Shown in pieces: positions 11,018 through 23,701 of a stretch of 64,000 nt of DNA (within the stretch, counting starts at the first letter, position 1; each line of letters opens with the position of its first letter). Source of the stretch: Monocercomonoides exilis PA203. Its lineage: Eukaryota > Protista > Preaxostyla. Location of the stretch: positions 372,001-436,000 of the forward strand of contig LSRY02000021.1 in assembly GCA_001643675.2 (NCBI GenBank), in the 5' to 3' direction. The translations under genes were made by a program, and so were the position numbers. A model generated the notes under the pieces. That model did no database searches and was not told where the DNA came from. It saw only the letters and a program-made list of their open reading frames with translations.

Positions 11018-14000
11018 ATGTTTGATGATGAAGACGATGAAAATTTAAATTATTCGATAACTCAATATAAGCCAAGTGAAAATTCTATTAGTTCAAGAGA
11101 TACAGGTGACTTTAGACGAGGTGATCATCCTGCGATGCAATCAACTCAACTTCCTTCTCTTTTTTCAATCCACAGTTTCTTTTATTAATTTAGTTCTTCT
11201 TCTTTCTGTGCTTATTTGTTTTCAAAACAAAATTTCGTTTTTCAAATATTATTTTAAAAAATAGGAGGAAAAATCGATAGAATTGAATCTTACGGTGCTT
11301 TTGTTGAAATTTCTGGATTTAAAAAACACGGGTACGAAATTTTTAAGATTTCTTTTTGCATTGATATTATTTATCAGCCTTGTACATATTACTCAATTTT
11401 CAAATACAAAAATTGGACACCCATCTGAAGTAGGTATGCAATCATTTTTTATAAAAATCACACTTGAATTATTCTTCTTTGTTTTTCAAATTTTTGAATA
11501 TTCACCAAAAAATATTAATTCCATCTTTTAGTGGAACAAGGCGATGATGTGTGGGTTAAAGTTATTGCCGTTGAAGGTGGAAAAATTTCATTATCAATGA
11601 AATATGTGGATCAACGCAATGGGGAAGATTTAGATCCATCAAACGGTTGTGCTGTTCCTTTTGCTTTTGAAGACTTATATCATGATTTTTTATTACAAAT
11701 ATTTATAGGAGATTTATTTACCGCTCAACAAAAAAAAGCGGAATATCAAATGAGAAGAGACGGCCAAAAGGACCAGACAGATTCACAAAAAGAATCAAAG
11801 AATATTCAGCGCTGCAGTCGCTGCGGAGAAGTTGGTCATTTTGCATGGTGTTAAAGAAATATTTATATTTGCGTATATTTTTTTTCTTTCCAAACACATT
11901 AAAAAAATTTTCTATAATCCGCATTCATAAGGGAGTGCTTCAATCCAAAACTGTCAAAAGAAGAGTTGAAAGCAAAGCTTGAAAAGGCATCATCTGCTCA
12001 ACCAGCACATCCTGGATCGGGTGTGTCTTCTTCGTCAACAACACCAGCCGCCAAGCCGAAGTGGGCAACAGGTGCAAACATGATTCCTTTGGCTGTTTGT
12101 GAAGTTATTGTTTTCTACTAAAACCAATTTTTATTTTATTTTATTTTATTTTATTTTATTTTCATTGTCTTTATTTTTTATTTTTATTTCAAATGGTTAT
12201 GTACCTCAATATTTATTTGAATATTTCAAAAAACAAAAATGACATGCGAATGATATTCTTGCCAAACAGACGCGAAGCAATTTGGCAATTGAAGGAAAAA
12301 GCGAAGAACAAGATCACATAAAAGCTGCTAAGTCGATGCTCGCTGCATTGAAGAGAAGTAAAGAAGGAACAGAGGGAGAAGAAAGAGAGCGAAAGGAAGA
12401 AGAAAAAAAGGAAGAAAAAGAAGAACCGAAAAGTTCGTCTCATCATTCACAATCGCATTTGCACAAACATTCAGAGGAGGAGAGAGAAAGGGATAGAAAA
12501 GAGCACCGTTCATCGAGCCAAAGCCATCAGAAAGACAGCGGAAAAAGCCACAAAACAAACGAAAAGAAAAGCAAATTAGGCGAATTCTTCTCTTCTCTGT
12601 ATTCAGACGAGGAGGAAGAGGAAGGCAGAAAAAAAGCATCGACACATCACAAACATAAGAGCAAACACGAGCATCATCACAAAAGGCACATTCGAAAAGG
12701 AAGCGAAGAGTCAGCAGAGGAACAGCAACATGGACAGCGTAACAAACATCAGCGTCATCAATCACCTGAGACTGAGAAACGGTCAAATGATCATTCAGAG
12801 AGAAAGAAAGAAAGGGCAGATAAAAAGAGAGAAATGTCTGAAGAAAAAGAAGATGATGATACAGATTATGATTCGCATCACAGGAAGTTTTCTGATCGTC
12901 TTGAAAAGATCAAAAAGCAACATCGTTCTCATTCATCGCATAGGCATCGCAGCTTATCACATGCTCGTCATTCACATTCAACATCTGCTTCAAACCGCTT
13001 TTCTAAGACTCGCTCGAGATCCCGTGCGTCTTGTTCCTCTTCTTCCTATTCTCCTCCCACTTCTCGCTCCACTTCAGTATCATCATCTTCTTCTTCCTCT
13101 TCATCCTCTTCCTCTATTTCTTCAAAGAAGTCTGCTTCAATTCGGAAGAAGGATAATCTTCGTGATGCTCACAAGCATCACATTGAAAGAGGATCGAGTG
13201 ATAGGTCAATGTCTGACTCTTCACGAAGGCACAGGCATCGAAGCAGGAAAAGCATTGAGAAAGAGAGAGAAGAGAAAAGAAGTCACAGAAACAGGAAGAT
13301 CAGCGGAGAAGAGAAAGACAGCGATGAAAGCGATGCTGAAAGGAGGAAAAGAGATCACAGAAAGAGAGACAACGAAAGAGAAAAGGAAAGAGATAGAGAA
13401 AGAGATAGAGAGAGGGATCGAGATAGAGACAGAGATAGAGACAAAGAAAGAGACAGAGAAAGAGAAAGGAAAAGCAATGAAAGCGAAAAAGCAGATAGAA
13501 GTTGCGGAAAACGATACGAAAAGGAAGAGCGGAAGGGCTCATATGAGCGACGTAGCAATCGCTCTCACATTCGCAAAAGCCACAATTCATCAAAAGACAG
13601 ACGAAAACGAGAAAGAGATTCATCTGCATCATCGTCATCTTCTTCTCTTTCTTCTCGTTCTTCATCTGCTTCTATCACGCCTCCAACTTCTCCTTTTTCC
13701 CGTTCACTTCACCATCAACCCAAAACTGACAAGACTTCTTCTTCTTCTTCTTCTTCTTCTTATCGTGCAACATCTTCTTCATCTTCTGGTGCTTCCTCAT
13801 CAGCTTCGCCAAAGCCCCTAAGCCACACAACCCTCCAGACAGCGTCTAAGCCATCTCGTGTAAGCAGATCTGCACACAGGGACTCTTCCCCTGCTTCAGA
13901 CGAAGAGTCTTCTCTCTCATACTTCGACTCTGATGAGTCCTCCTCTGCTGACAATGGAGATGCGACTCACCTTCATTCACACCATTCTCATCACTCTCGC

Positions 14001-14186
14001 CATTCCCACTGCTCCTCAAGCGCTGCTGTTGACTCTGTCTCTGACTCAGATTCTCTTTCTTCCCCTTCTCCTTCTCCTGCCCGCCCTCCTCGCTATCCCC
14101 AGCCTCACTCCTTCACTGAGCTCTATGCCATGCTCTCTGATTACAATGTTGCTGCTGCATTTCTGAAATATCACAAACAGATATAA
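11018..14186 (+). CDS. S1 RNA-binding domain + CCHC zinc-knuckle protein (ZCCHC17/pNO40-like) with long Arg/Ser/Glu/His-rich tail
   Basis: Spliced S1 domain (LPSLFSIH-GKIDRIESYGAFVEISGFKKHG-LVHITQFS...VWVKVIAVEGGKISLSMKYVDQRNGEDLDPSN) and knuckle CSRCGEVGHFAW-EC. Phase-0 intron 12094-12269 joins to the 12282-14186 ORF. Confidence 0.82.
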
Positions 14187-14548
14187 CTTTCATGAAACAG
14201 CATCAACTTTAATTTTTTTTGATTTAAAATTGCTTTTTTTTTTTTGTTAAATCGTAATTTAAAAAAGAAAAATATCGATGAATCATTTCAGTTTATTAGT
14301 TTTTTTTTTATTTATTATCTGATGACTGATAAAATACTTGAGGAAGTTGAAAAATTACAACTCTGGGATAGAAAAGATAAAAATAATAGACAATAACATA
14401 AGAAAAACAGCTCAAAAGGGAAATCAAAACCGCGTCTAATTTACAGAAATAAAAGCGTAAACATAATTTATTCTTTCTTTGTTAAAAATTCGCAAAATCA
14501 ATTGCAAATTACATGATCCAAAATTGATAAAATTTCAAAAAAATATAT

Positions 14549-15946
14549 TTAATGCATTTTTCTCCACTTGCCTGGTTGGAATGGCTCGCCCTCTGGTTCA
14601 ACATATGAAAACTTCTTCAAGAACTCGATGGCATGAGGTGTGAGCACTTCCTTGAGATAATCAGATTCCTTTGCCAATTGTGCTTTTGATTCCTCCATTG
14701 ACACAGGCAGACGGTTGATTTTCATCTCAGCTGCTTTCTCCTCAGTCAGTGAATCAAAGTTGAATCCACATCCTCTTGGGTTGGGGACGAGTTTCTCTTC
14801 AATTCCCTTCAAACCGGCTGACAGAATCATTGCAGACAAAAGATATGGAGATCCAGATGAGTCACCAGCACGGAATTCAATTCTTGTCTTTCCGGGTGAA
14901 GCAAAGTTGATTCTTGGCACACGAACAAGAGCTGATCTGTTGGCAATATCCCACCCAGTCCAGATTGGAGCCTCAAAGCCTGGGCACAGCCGTTTGAATG
15001 TGCGATCAGACAAAGCAAACACTGATGTCACATCGCGACCATATTTGCACAGCCCTGCAATAAAGCTGTGTGCAATATCTGACAATCCTTCATGTGGTCC
15101 AACAAAGACATTCTCTCCTTTTTCATCGAACAAAATAGTGTGCTCGTGTGTTCCTGAGCCTGCAAGATGTGGGAATGGCTTTGGAGAGTAAGTGCAAATT
15201 TCACCGTATTCTGCTGCAATCTCTCTTGTGATTTGCATTCCTCTTGTCATTGCATCAGCATTTTCCAATGCTTCTGTGAAATCAAGTTCTACTTCATTTT
15301 GTCCTGGGCTTCCTTCATGATGAATTCTTTTAACTTTTAATCCAGATTTCTCGAATCTGTGCATCAGCTCATGACGGAATTTTCCTCCTTGATCCAACGG
15401 AGGAACAGAGCAGTATCCGGCTGTATCTGCTGGCTCTAATCCTTCCTTCTTGCACAAGAAGAATTCCAACTCTCCGAACATGAGAACCTGTGGGAATCCC
15501 ATTTTCTTTGCTTTTTCAACAACTCTGCAAAGAATTCCACGAGGATCACCTGGATGAACAGATCCATCAGCTGAATGAGCCATGCAAATAACTTCGGCAT
15601 AATCCTCACCTTCAGATTGTCCAAAAATAAGTGTTTTTGGATCGGGAAACAGCGTCATATCGCTGTTTGTGAGAGTGGCGAATCCTCCAATTGAAGAACC
15701 ATCAACATCAACTCCATTGTGGCAAATTGAAGAATACTAAATTTAAAAAAAATGAAAATTTTAACAATGAATTTATATTGAAATGAAAATTTGTCAAACA
15801 AGATTTGCGTTTTCTTCCATGCAGTGATATGTTCCGCACATTGAACTAAACATGCATCTCAAAAATCTTACGTTCTTTGTCTTTATTTCCTCTTGTTGGT
15901 GTGCAATAAGATCTTCAACTTCTGCTGAGTATGTTTTTCTTGGCAT
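14549..15946 (-). CDS. glnA: Glutamine synthetase type I family protein (prokaryotic GlnA-like), one intron
   Basis: Exon 1 MPRKTYS...VRFLRCMF; intron GTTTGA...TTTAG; then VDGSSIGGF, GELEFFL, HHEGSPGQNEV, PKPF..AGSGTHEH, RLCPGFEAP, NRSALVRVP and RIEFR. Confidence 0.88.
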
Positions 15947-16643
15947 TAACCCAGTTACAACGAATTTCAAACTCGATCAAAACCATAATTAGACAATCGT
16001 TGTGAACAACCATAACAGTTTTTATTGCTTCAAACATGTCAAACATTAAATACGAAAAAAAATCTTTATAAAAGAAGAAACAAAATAAAGAATATTGCAA
16101 AAATTAATCTAAAAACGGTTTGTCTGAGATTAAAATAGGCCAAAATGAAGTTTTATCATTTTTCTCAAATCTTTGCAAATTATGAAATTATTTGATTAAA
16201 AGAATTATTTAAAATAAATTGTGGAAATAACAAAAAATTAAATTATTTTTCCAAAGAAAAGAGTTGATATAGTTTTTTAATGATGAAAATTTGGACAATT
16301 CAATCAGAAATTATAAGCCTTAAAAAAACGATGGATAGATTGAAAATAAATTCATAAAAATAGCAGATAATTGTTATTAATTTCAACAACTGTAGTTACT
16401 TTTGTTTTTCGCAATTACTTTGGAATAAAACTGCATGAAAGTTGATTTAGTGTATTATAAATAATGAAATGCACTCAACGTATTAAGATGATAAACTAAA
16501 AAAACATTTATCAAATACATCACAATCAAACAAAAATGAAATGAAAAGTGTTGACAAGTATGAATTACAGAAATACGTCAATTAAGTCGCAGTACCAAAC
16601 ACCCCAACCACCACAACTCAGTAACTGAAAAATTAATTACTTT

Positions 16644-18589
16644 TTACATCTTTGAAATTTTGTAGTCAAATCCAATTGCATTTGCTTCTGTTCCGTATCC
16701 CATGTTCTTCTCTCCTTTTGAAAGCTGTGTGAATTCAGCCTCCATCTGCATTTTCTTTGCCTTTCTGCTGTTGATGCAAGACATTACCACAAACACAACA
16801 CCCACCACAGCGAAAATGACGAAGAACCCAAAGCACAGCATAGACACCAGGAAGAGGGTGGAGTTCGTGTTGATCTTCCCTGTTCCAACGGGAGAGTTGT
16901 CAACCCACACTTTTATTGTATCGGCTATCAGCTTGCGGGCATCTTTCAGATATTCTGAGTCGCCTTGTGCTGGCGTGGACAGGTCTGAGCAGTGGGATCC
17001 TCCTGTTATTGTGCGGAATGAAAGATTCTGCCTCTCAATGCGCCCATCTTCGGTTATAATATCTGGTTTATTCAAATCATATTCGGAATTAAAAAAAAAA
17101 AAAATAGGTTGAATAGAAGTTAATAAAAATTACAGAAACAAGCAAATTGAGATACAAACAACAGATGCAAAAAAATTAAGAAGATAATTATTAAAATAAA
17201 ATATATCAATACCATTTTCAAGTCTGTTAGCATTGCTGTCCTTCAGTGTAAGACTCAGCCGTCTCCACGGGTCAATCCCTCCATTGGTAAAGATGACATT
17301 TGTTCCGACGTAATTCTTTCCGTAGTAGTAATTGTTGGTTTCTTCCACATTCTTGTCAACATCTTTCAGCCCAAAAAGATCTTCACACAATTTGTGATGG
17401 TAATCCAGGTCGATTCTCTTCGAACGCAGCGATTTCTCTCCAGAATACACTTGGAAATACCCGAATTCCTTGCACGACTGGTAAAACCACTGCCTTCCCC
17501 CAGATTCTTCATCAATCACCGTTTTGCTCAGCTTCTCTCGTGCACTGGAGAAACCCAAGCATGTTTCATTTTGGTCTTTCAGCAATTCCCCGATAAACTC
17601 AAAAAGATAATCTTTCTCTTTTTTTGTGTCAGTCACTGGTTTGCTCATCGTTGTGCACAATTTTTTAATTGTTTGTTTTTCTTCTGGCCCTTCATCATCA
17701 TTGTATTGCACGCTATATGCCACTGCATCTGCGATTGTGTACAAGAAATCTACTCGATCTTCGATTTCCGTACATGAAGTTGCTTTTTCCATTGCTTTGA
17801 ATTCTGCTTCATTATCAATAAGCTGTTCAATTTGTTCGTTTGCAGTTCTTATTTTGTTTGCGCATTCTTCTGACAATGCTCCAACAATTGATTCATCATA
17901 TTCTGGAAATGACTCTTTAGCAATTACAGGAGCAGAAGAAGCTATAGAACCTACAGTTAAATGTGGGTATAACATTCTGAACCAAGCGCTCAATGCACCT
18001 GCGTAGCTTCCTCCAACAACAACAACGGTTTTTATTTCTTGCTCTTTTTTGTCTGTGTGAATGATCCATTCTAAAATATTTGCTACATCAGCCAAAGCTT
18101 GTTGGCTTGTTAGATATTTAAGATTTTCAACTGAAAGGTCTTTTGCTGGTTGAGACAGCCCGTAATATCTGTGTTCAAGAGCAACAATCATTGCCTTATC
18201 TTTTTGCGCCAAATCTAAAAATAATAGCAATAACATTTTAAAAAAATAATTTAAAATGATAATTTTGTGAAATTAACATTTCAAAAAGTCACACAATGAG
18301 TATATCCAACTGATGCGCGTGTTGGAGCCATTTCTGCTTCTCCGTTGATGTAGAAATACAGCATATGGCTATCTTTATAAAATTCTTCATTAATTAAGTA
18401 TCGCTGAGAAAATGTTGCCTTATTTGAAGGGTCAAAATGATCAACTCGTTGAATAAATGTTTTGTATTGAGGTGCTGATGCTTTGTGAAAAGTTTGATTC
18501 TTTCCAATATCATTCCTCAATCCCTTATCGGGCGAAAATATTATAAACGAATTAACTGTTCCAAAAATTGATATTAAAAACAGTAGCAT
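16644..18589 (-). CDS. Serine peptidase family S28 (PRCP/DPP7-like) with signal peptide and C-terminal TM helix, multi-exon
   Basis: Motifs QRVDHFDP..TFSQRY, EHRYYGLS, GGSYAGALSAWFR, RQWFYQSCKEFG, NGGIDPW and GGSHCSDL. Hydrophobic segment near the C-terminus. Confidence 0.9.
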
Positions 18590-18709
18590 TTTAAATGACT
18601 AATATTGTTTTGATGGATCAATACCATTATAATCTGAAACTTTATTTCCTCAAACCAAAAGGATCAATCAGAGATCATTTTTTGTGTTTGATTTCGGTAT
18701 TTAAAAGAA

Positions 18710-19221
18710 ATGTCGAAAACTGACGAAAGAGCAAAACCACTTGCAGATGCAGCACTTACAGTTAAGCTTCTTCAATTTCTGAAGAATGCAGCTAACATGC
18801 ATCAAATCAAAAAAGGAGCAAATGAAACAACAAAAGCTCTTAACAGGTTTGAAATACAAGATATATTGAATTATTAATGTTTTAAATGTTTATTTTTGTT
18901 TTTGTTTTTTAGAGGTTTATCTGAATTTGTCGTTTTGGCGGCAGATGCCGAACCGTTGGAAATTATTTTGCAAATTCCTTTGATTTGCGAAGACAAGGTA
19001 TGAGACAATCAGCAATGTTAATTAATATATTTTAATATGATTTCCATTTTTGTTTGATGAAGAATGTGACATATATTTTTGTTCCTTCAAAAACTGCATT
19101 GGGACGTGCATGTGGATTATCTCGTCCGGTTGTTGCATGCGCCGTTCTTGCTGCTGAAGGATCATCATTAAAGGCTGAAATTAAAACTCTTAGAGATGAG
19201 TTAGAAAGACAACTTATCTAA
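18710..19221 (+). CDS. SNU13: Snu13/15.5K (NHP2L1) K-turn binding protein, 3 exons (absent from ORF track)
   Basis: Spliced translation [17 protein letters not shown]...[69 protein letters not shown]...ERQLI*. Confidence 0.93.
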
Positions 19222-20464
19222 AATATGTGTAATGCTTTCACATTAATCATTTCACATTTCAACTGTATTTTTCATTCTCATCCATGATAATGACCTCGAA
19301 AAATCCTGGCATTTGAGATGTTTTAGTGCTATTTTTATAATATTAAAATAAACGTATTTATTTGTTTGAAATAAAATATTTTGAAAACGAGAAAAGGAAT
19401 AATGTTATAATTAGAAAAAAACATTTCAAGGAGATTTTTTTTCAATTAATTTAGGATTATCTGCATAATGCTTTTAATTCTTTTAAAGAATAGCTTGCAT
19501 CTATGGATGTTTGATGATAAACTAAAATCATGAACTTCACTTTTTGAGGCTTGTTATTTGCAGCTTTTAAATTTTTTCAAAAAACATCTGAAAAAGATGA
19601 TACAGGATAATGTTAATAACCCTTTCCCATGAGCTTGGCTAATAATTTTGCAGCAAAAAATCTTCAAATCGTTGCGATAATGCAAAAAACATTCAGAAAT
19701 TTGAAGATAGAAAGAAACAAATTAAACTGAATAGAGTTGTTTCTTCGAAAAATCAAAATGAACAGCTCAAAAAGGCTTATTTCTTGAAATGAAACGCTTA
19801 ATTTTCATTGATAAACATAAAATGTCTATATTAACCTATCATTTCTGTTGTTAGATTATTTCTAGTGCAACACGACAGAAGAAAGAAAAGGTTTGCCAAT
19901 TGACTACTGAAGTGAATCAATAAACAACTAACAATGAAAATATTGGTGAATGAAATAAACTAATGGTCGATAACTGAAAACTTTAAAATTGCAATGGGAA
20001 TAATATCTTGAAACAGATTCAGATAAGACAATAAAATCAACTATAGATTCTATAAATCAACAAAAAGCAGTGTAAAAATTACGCACTCAAAGAAATAAAA
20101 ACAAAAATATTAGTAATAGCTTGCTATATTTGTAAATATATATTATAAACAAAGAAATATAAACTAAATTTTTGTTTTTTTTTATAAATATCAACAGTTA
20201 TGTCTTGGATATAATTTGTCGTTCATTCACTTGGTTTGTAATGCCGCATTTGATTTTTGAGATTCTTTCACGAAAAAATTGTATCAAATCACGCAACAAG
20301 CACAAAATAAACCTTATCTTCAATTATACTCAATAATTTGTTTTTTATCCTTGCCTTTCTTTCTTTCTTTCACTTTCTCTCTCTCTCTCCTCTCGTCAAC
20401 TTTGCTTTCACTCCTGTCTGATCACTTTTTCGTTCCTGATTGCTGCAATTGTTGTGCTGCATTC

Positions 20465-23341
20465 TCAACTTGGCCGTCCAATGATCTTCACAACAGCACT
20501 CTCACGATCTGCATGTGTCTGTTCAGATGCTCCTTCCTTTGCCTTCTCTGAACTGTCACTCTTCTTATCGTCTTGCCTTTTGTCATCATCCGTTTGCTTG
20601 TTCCATTCCGGATTCAGCCTCACGAACTCGTCATCAATCAGCTTCTCATCAGAAACAACATGAGGATTCTCAACATCCAAGTTATCGTCATCGTCATCAT
20701 CATCTTCGTCTTCGAAGAATCCTTCATTGTCTTTCTCCTCAATCGCACCAAACTTCACTTTCTGCAGCCCGCTGCCTGTTCTCTCTGTTTTCAATGAGTT
20801 TCTCTTTTGCCCTTCTCTCTGTCTCCTTTCTCTCTCCTTTGCCCACTCCTTCACCTGCTCTTCCTTTATGGCATCTTTGCTCTCATTCAACCCATATGAT
20901 TCGCTGAAATAGTGCAAATTCGAGTAAAAATCTTCGAAGCTGTGAACAGACAGAAAGTGCGAGCCTTCCTCTTTTTGTGCTGAGGATGCAGCTTGTCCAT
21001 CTTTGGAAGCATGTTGTGGAAGAAGAGCATGCGAATGCTGCTGAGAAGAAAGTGACGATGCATTTTCTGAATGCTTCATGAGAGGTGCACGGTTCGGAAA
21101 TGATGCTGAAGGGTGCATAATACCCACAGCCCCATCTGAATGAGGAGCATTTCCCATCAGCGTAGGAGGAAGTGATTGAGGCTTTGCAGAAGATGAGGCA
21201 GAGGCAGAAGCAGAAGTTGATGCTGATTGATCTGATGCGCCTGTTGAGGATGGATGTTCAGATGGCACTTTCAACAGACGAGATAGAGAGCCAATCGATC
21301 GCAACGGGGTTGCCTGGGCATAAATGTGCATTTCATCATTTGATGAAGACAAAGAAGCCGAAGAATCTGATGGAACTCCAGAAGAGACGTTCTGTTTAGA
21401 TCTTGATTCTTTCAAATGGCCTGCTTCACTTTCAGTTCCTGCTTTCCCATGTTGTTCTTGTTCATGTTCTGCTTCTAAATCCATTTCGTTCATTTCGACA
21501 AGTCTCACTGACTCAATGTCAGTTTTCTCTGTATTCCTTTCTTTCACTTCTTTTCCTTTGTTCTCCGTCGCATCTTCTTTACCTTCCGCTTTTCCTTCTT
21601 CTACTTTTTGTGTGTCTGTGGCTGTTTTCTTCCCCTTCCCCTTCAGCTTCACAGGAGCAAGGCACAAGCACCCAATGATAGCAATGACCACCGACACGTA
21701 GAAAGGAAGCTGATCCCACACATCATACAGAGCAGAGCAAATCATTGGCGCAACCGCTCTTGACGCTGCCTGCACGCACTGCCCAATGCCAAGCACCATC
21801 CCTTTTGTCTGCTGGTCTCCGAAATACGCAAAGATCGACGTTGATGTCGGCACCACAAACGCCTGGCCCAGCCCAAACAGCACAGAGAAAAACCACACGG
21901 CGATGTTGGACCGTATGACTGACATCAGCACAAGCGCCAAAGAGGCAACAACAGAGCCAACAATCAGAGGCTTCTTCTCGCCTAGCCGGGGAATGATGAT
22001 GGGGATGAAGAAGATCTGAATGAAAGCCATCCCAAAGCCGTAGCACATGGTGATGAACCCGACCATCTTTGCAGTGAAGTTATACCGATCCAAACAGAGT
22101 GGTGGGAGTACAGTCTGAATGGCTGAGTATTCGAAGGTGGAAGTGAAATAGTTCAGAAGAGCAATCAAATAGCCAACATTCGACAAAATGGACAGCAAAG
22201 CGGACTTCGACTTGGGCTTTGGAGAGGATCGGAGAGCAGATTCAGCTTTTGCTTGAGAAGGCAATGGAGAAGTGGACGAAGACGATTCTGAAGATGATGA
22301 TAGACCAGGAGAAGGAGCAACAGTCATCTCTTTTGTCGCAGAAGGAGTGCCTGAAGAACAAGGAGTTGGATTTGTATTCGTTGCATCCATTGAAGCAGAA
22401 CTTGAAGAGGGAAAAGAAGAAGAAGAAGAAGAAAAACCACTCTTGTAGATATCACTTTTGTCACTTGACTTTGGATTTTTGTCGTTCGGAGATAAATTGT
22501 CTGTTGAACTTGAAGACGTTGGAGTAACAACTGCATTGTCCATAATTGGCGATGGCGCTGGTAGAAGATCATATGATTCTTTTTTGGGTTTTGCCCATGG
22601 ACATTTTCTCCTTTTTTCCTTTGTTAAAGTTTCCTTCACAAATAATGTGTTCAATACAAGAGCAATTAAACATAGTCCTCCGCTAACGGAGCATGGAACA
22701 ATTAATGCACAATCTGCTAAGAATCCCCCCAAAATTGGTCCTAAAACAATACCAATTCCGACGCATGAACCATACCAACCGAACCAAATTGTTCGTTCAC
22801 TGGAAGAAGTTGAAATGTCGGACGTAAGTGCCATAGCTACTGTTGTCAAATTCGCAAATAAGCCTGTCCCTGCACGAAAAATAACAGTCAACGCAATTGT
22901 GTTTGCTAATCCAAGTAAAAAGTTGAAAAGTCCGATTCCGAAACAAGCTAACATTAATGTGTACTTTCTTCCAATATAATCACTTAAAATCCCAATAAAT
23001 AGAGATCCAATAAACTGTGCCACAGAATAAGCCGTTAGCACAAAACCGTATTCAATGTTTCCTCCTCCAAGAGCTGAAAAAGAAAGAAAATGATTAATAT
23101 CAAATATATGAAATGCAAAGGACCAACAAACATCTAATATATGTGGGAAGCATGGGCGTTAGTAATCCAAATGGAATTGTTGCGCTCATAATAGTGAAAA
23201 GCAATACCAATTGAACTTTATACTTGATAAACCATTTTCCAATTGCTGTACATTTTTTACAGCATGAATTTCTTTATGCATATTAACAAAACATAAAATA
23301 ATAATTTACATAAATTATTAAATGTTATTAACAAACGTCAT
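20465..23341 (-). CDS. MFS transporter (TetA/DHA1-like) with Ser-rich central loop and long C-terminal tail
   Basis: MFS motif A GILSDYIGRK, motif C-like GIVLGPILGGFL, two blocks of TM helices. Two short 5' exons upstream of ORF 23041; the start at 23341 is tentative. Confidence 0.85.
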
Positions 23342-23701
23342 CTCAGTATTTCAACAGCTTTGCTCAATCCTTTGTAAGGATCATACCCAATCTATTTTTA
23401 TTTTCAATCGTTATATGCAAAATTATTTCTCAATAAATACAAATCCATATCAGCGAAAAGTTGCCAATATTGATTATGTTTACATTGAAATATAAGTAAA
23501 GTATCAAATATTCTTGGGAAAGTTTTTGGATTATAAAAAAGCAACAAAATTCCAAAATTAACAATAGATAAACATACCATCAGAAACATAATTCAAAAAG
23601 TGAAATAAAAGTGAGAGTTGATGCAATAAATTAATTTACATAATTTTCTATACGAAAAAATATAAAGTACTTACGTTTTAAACGCAAGATGCATAATCTG
23701 A

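Noticed and set aside
19222-20460. 1.2-kb AT-rich gap as a possible ncRNA or element
   Set aside because: No TIRs, structure or ORF that I could support.
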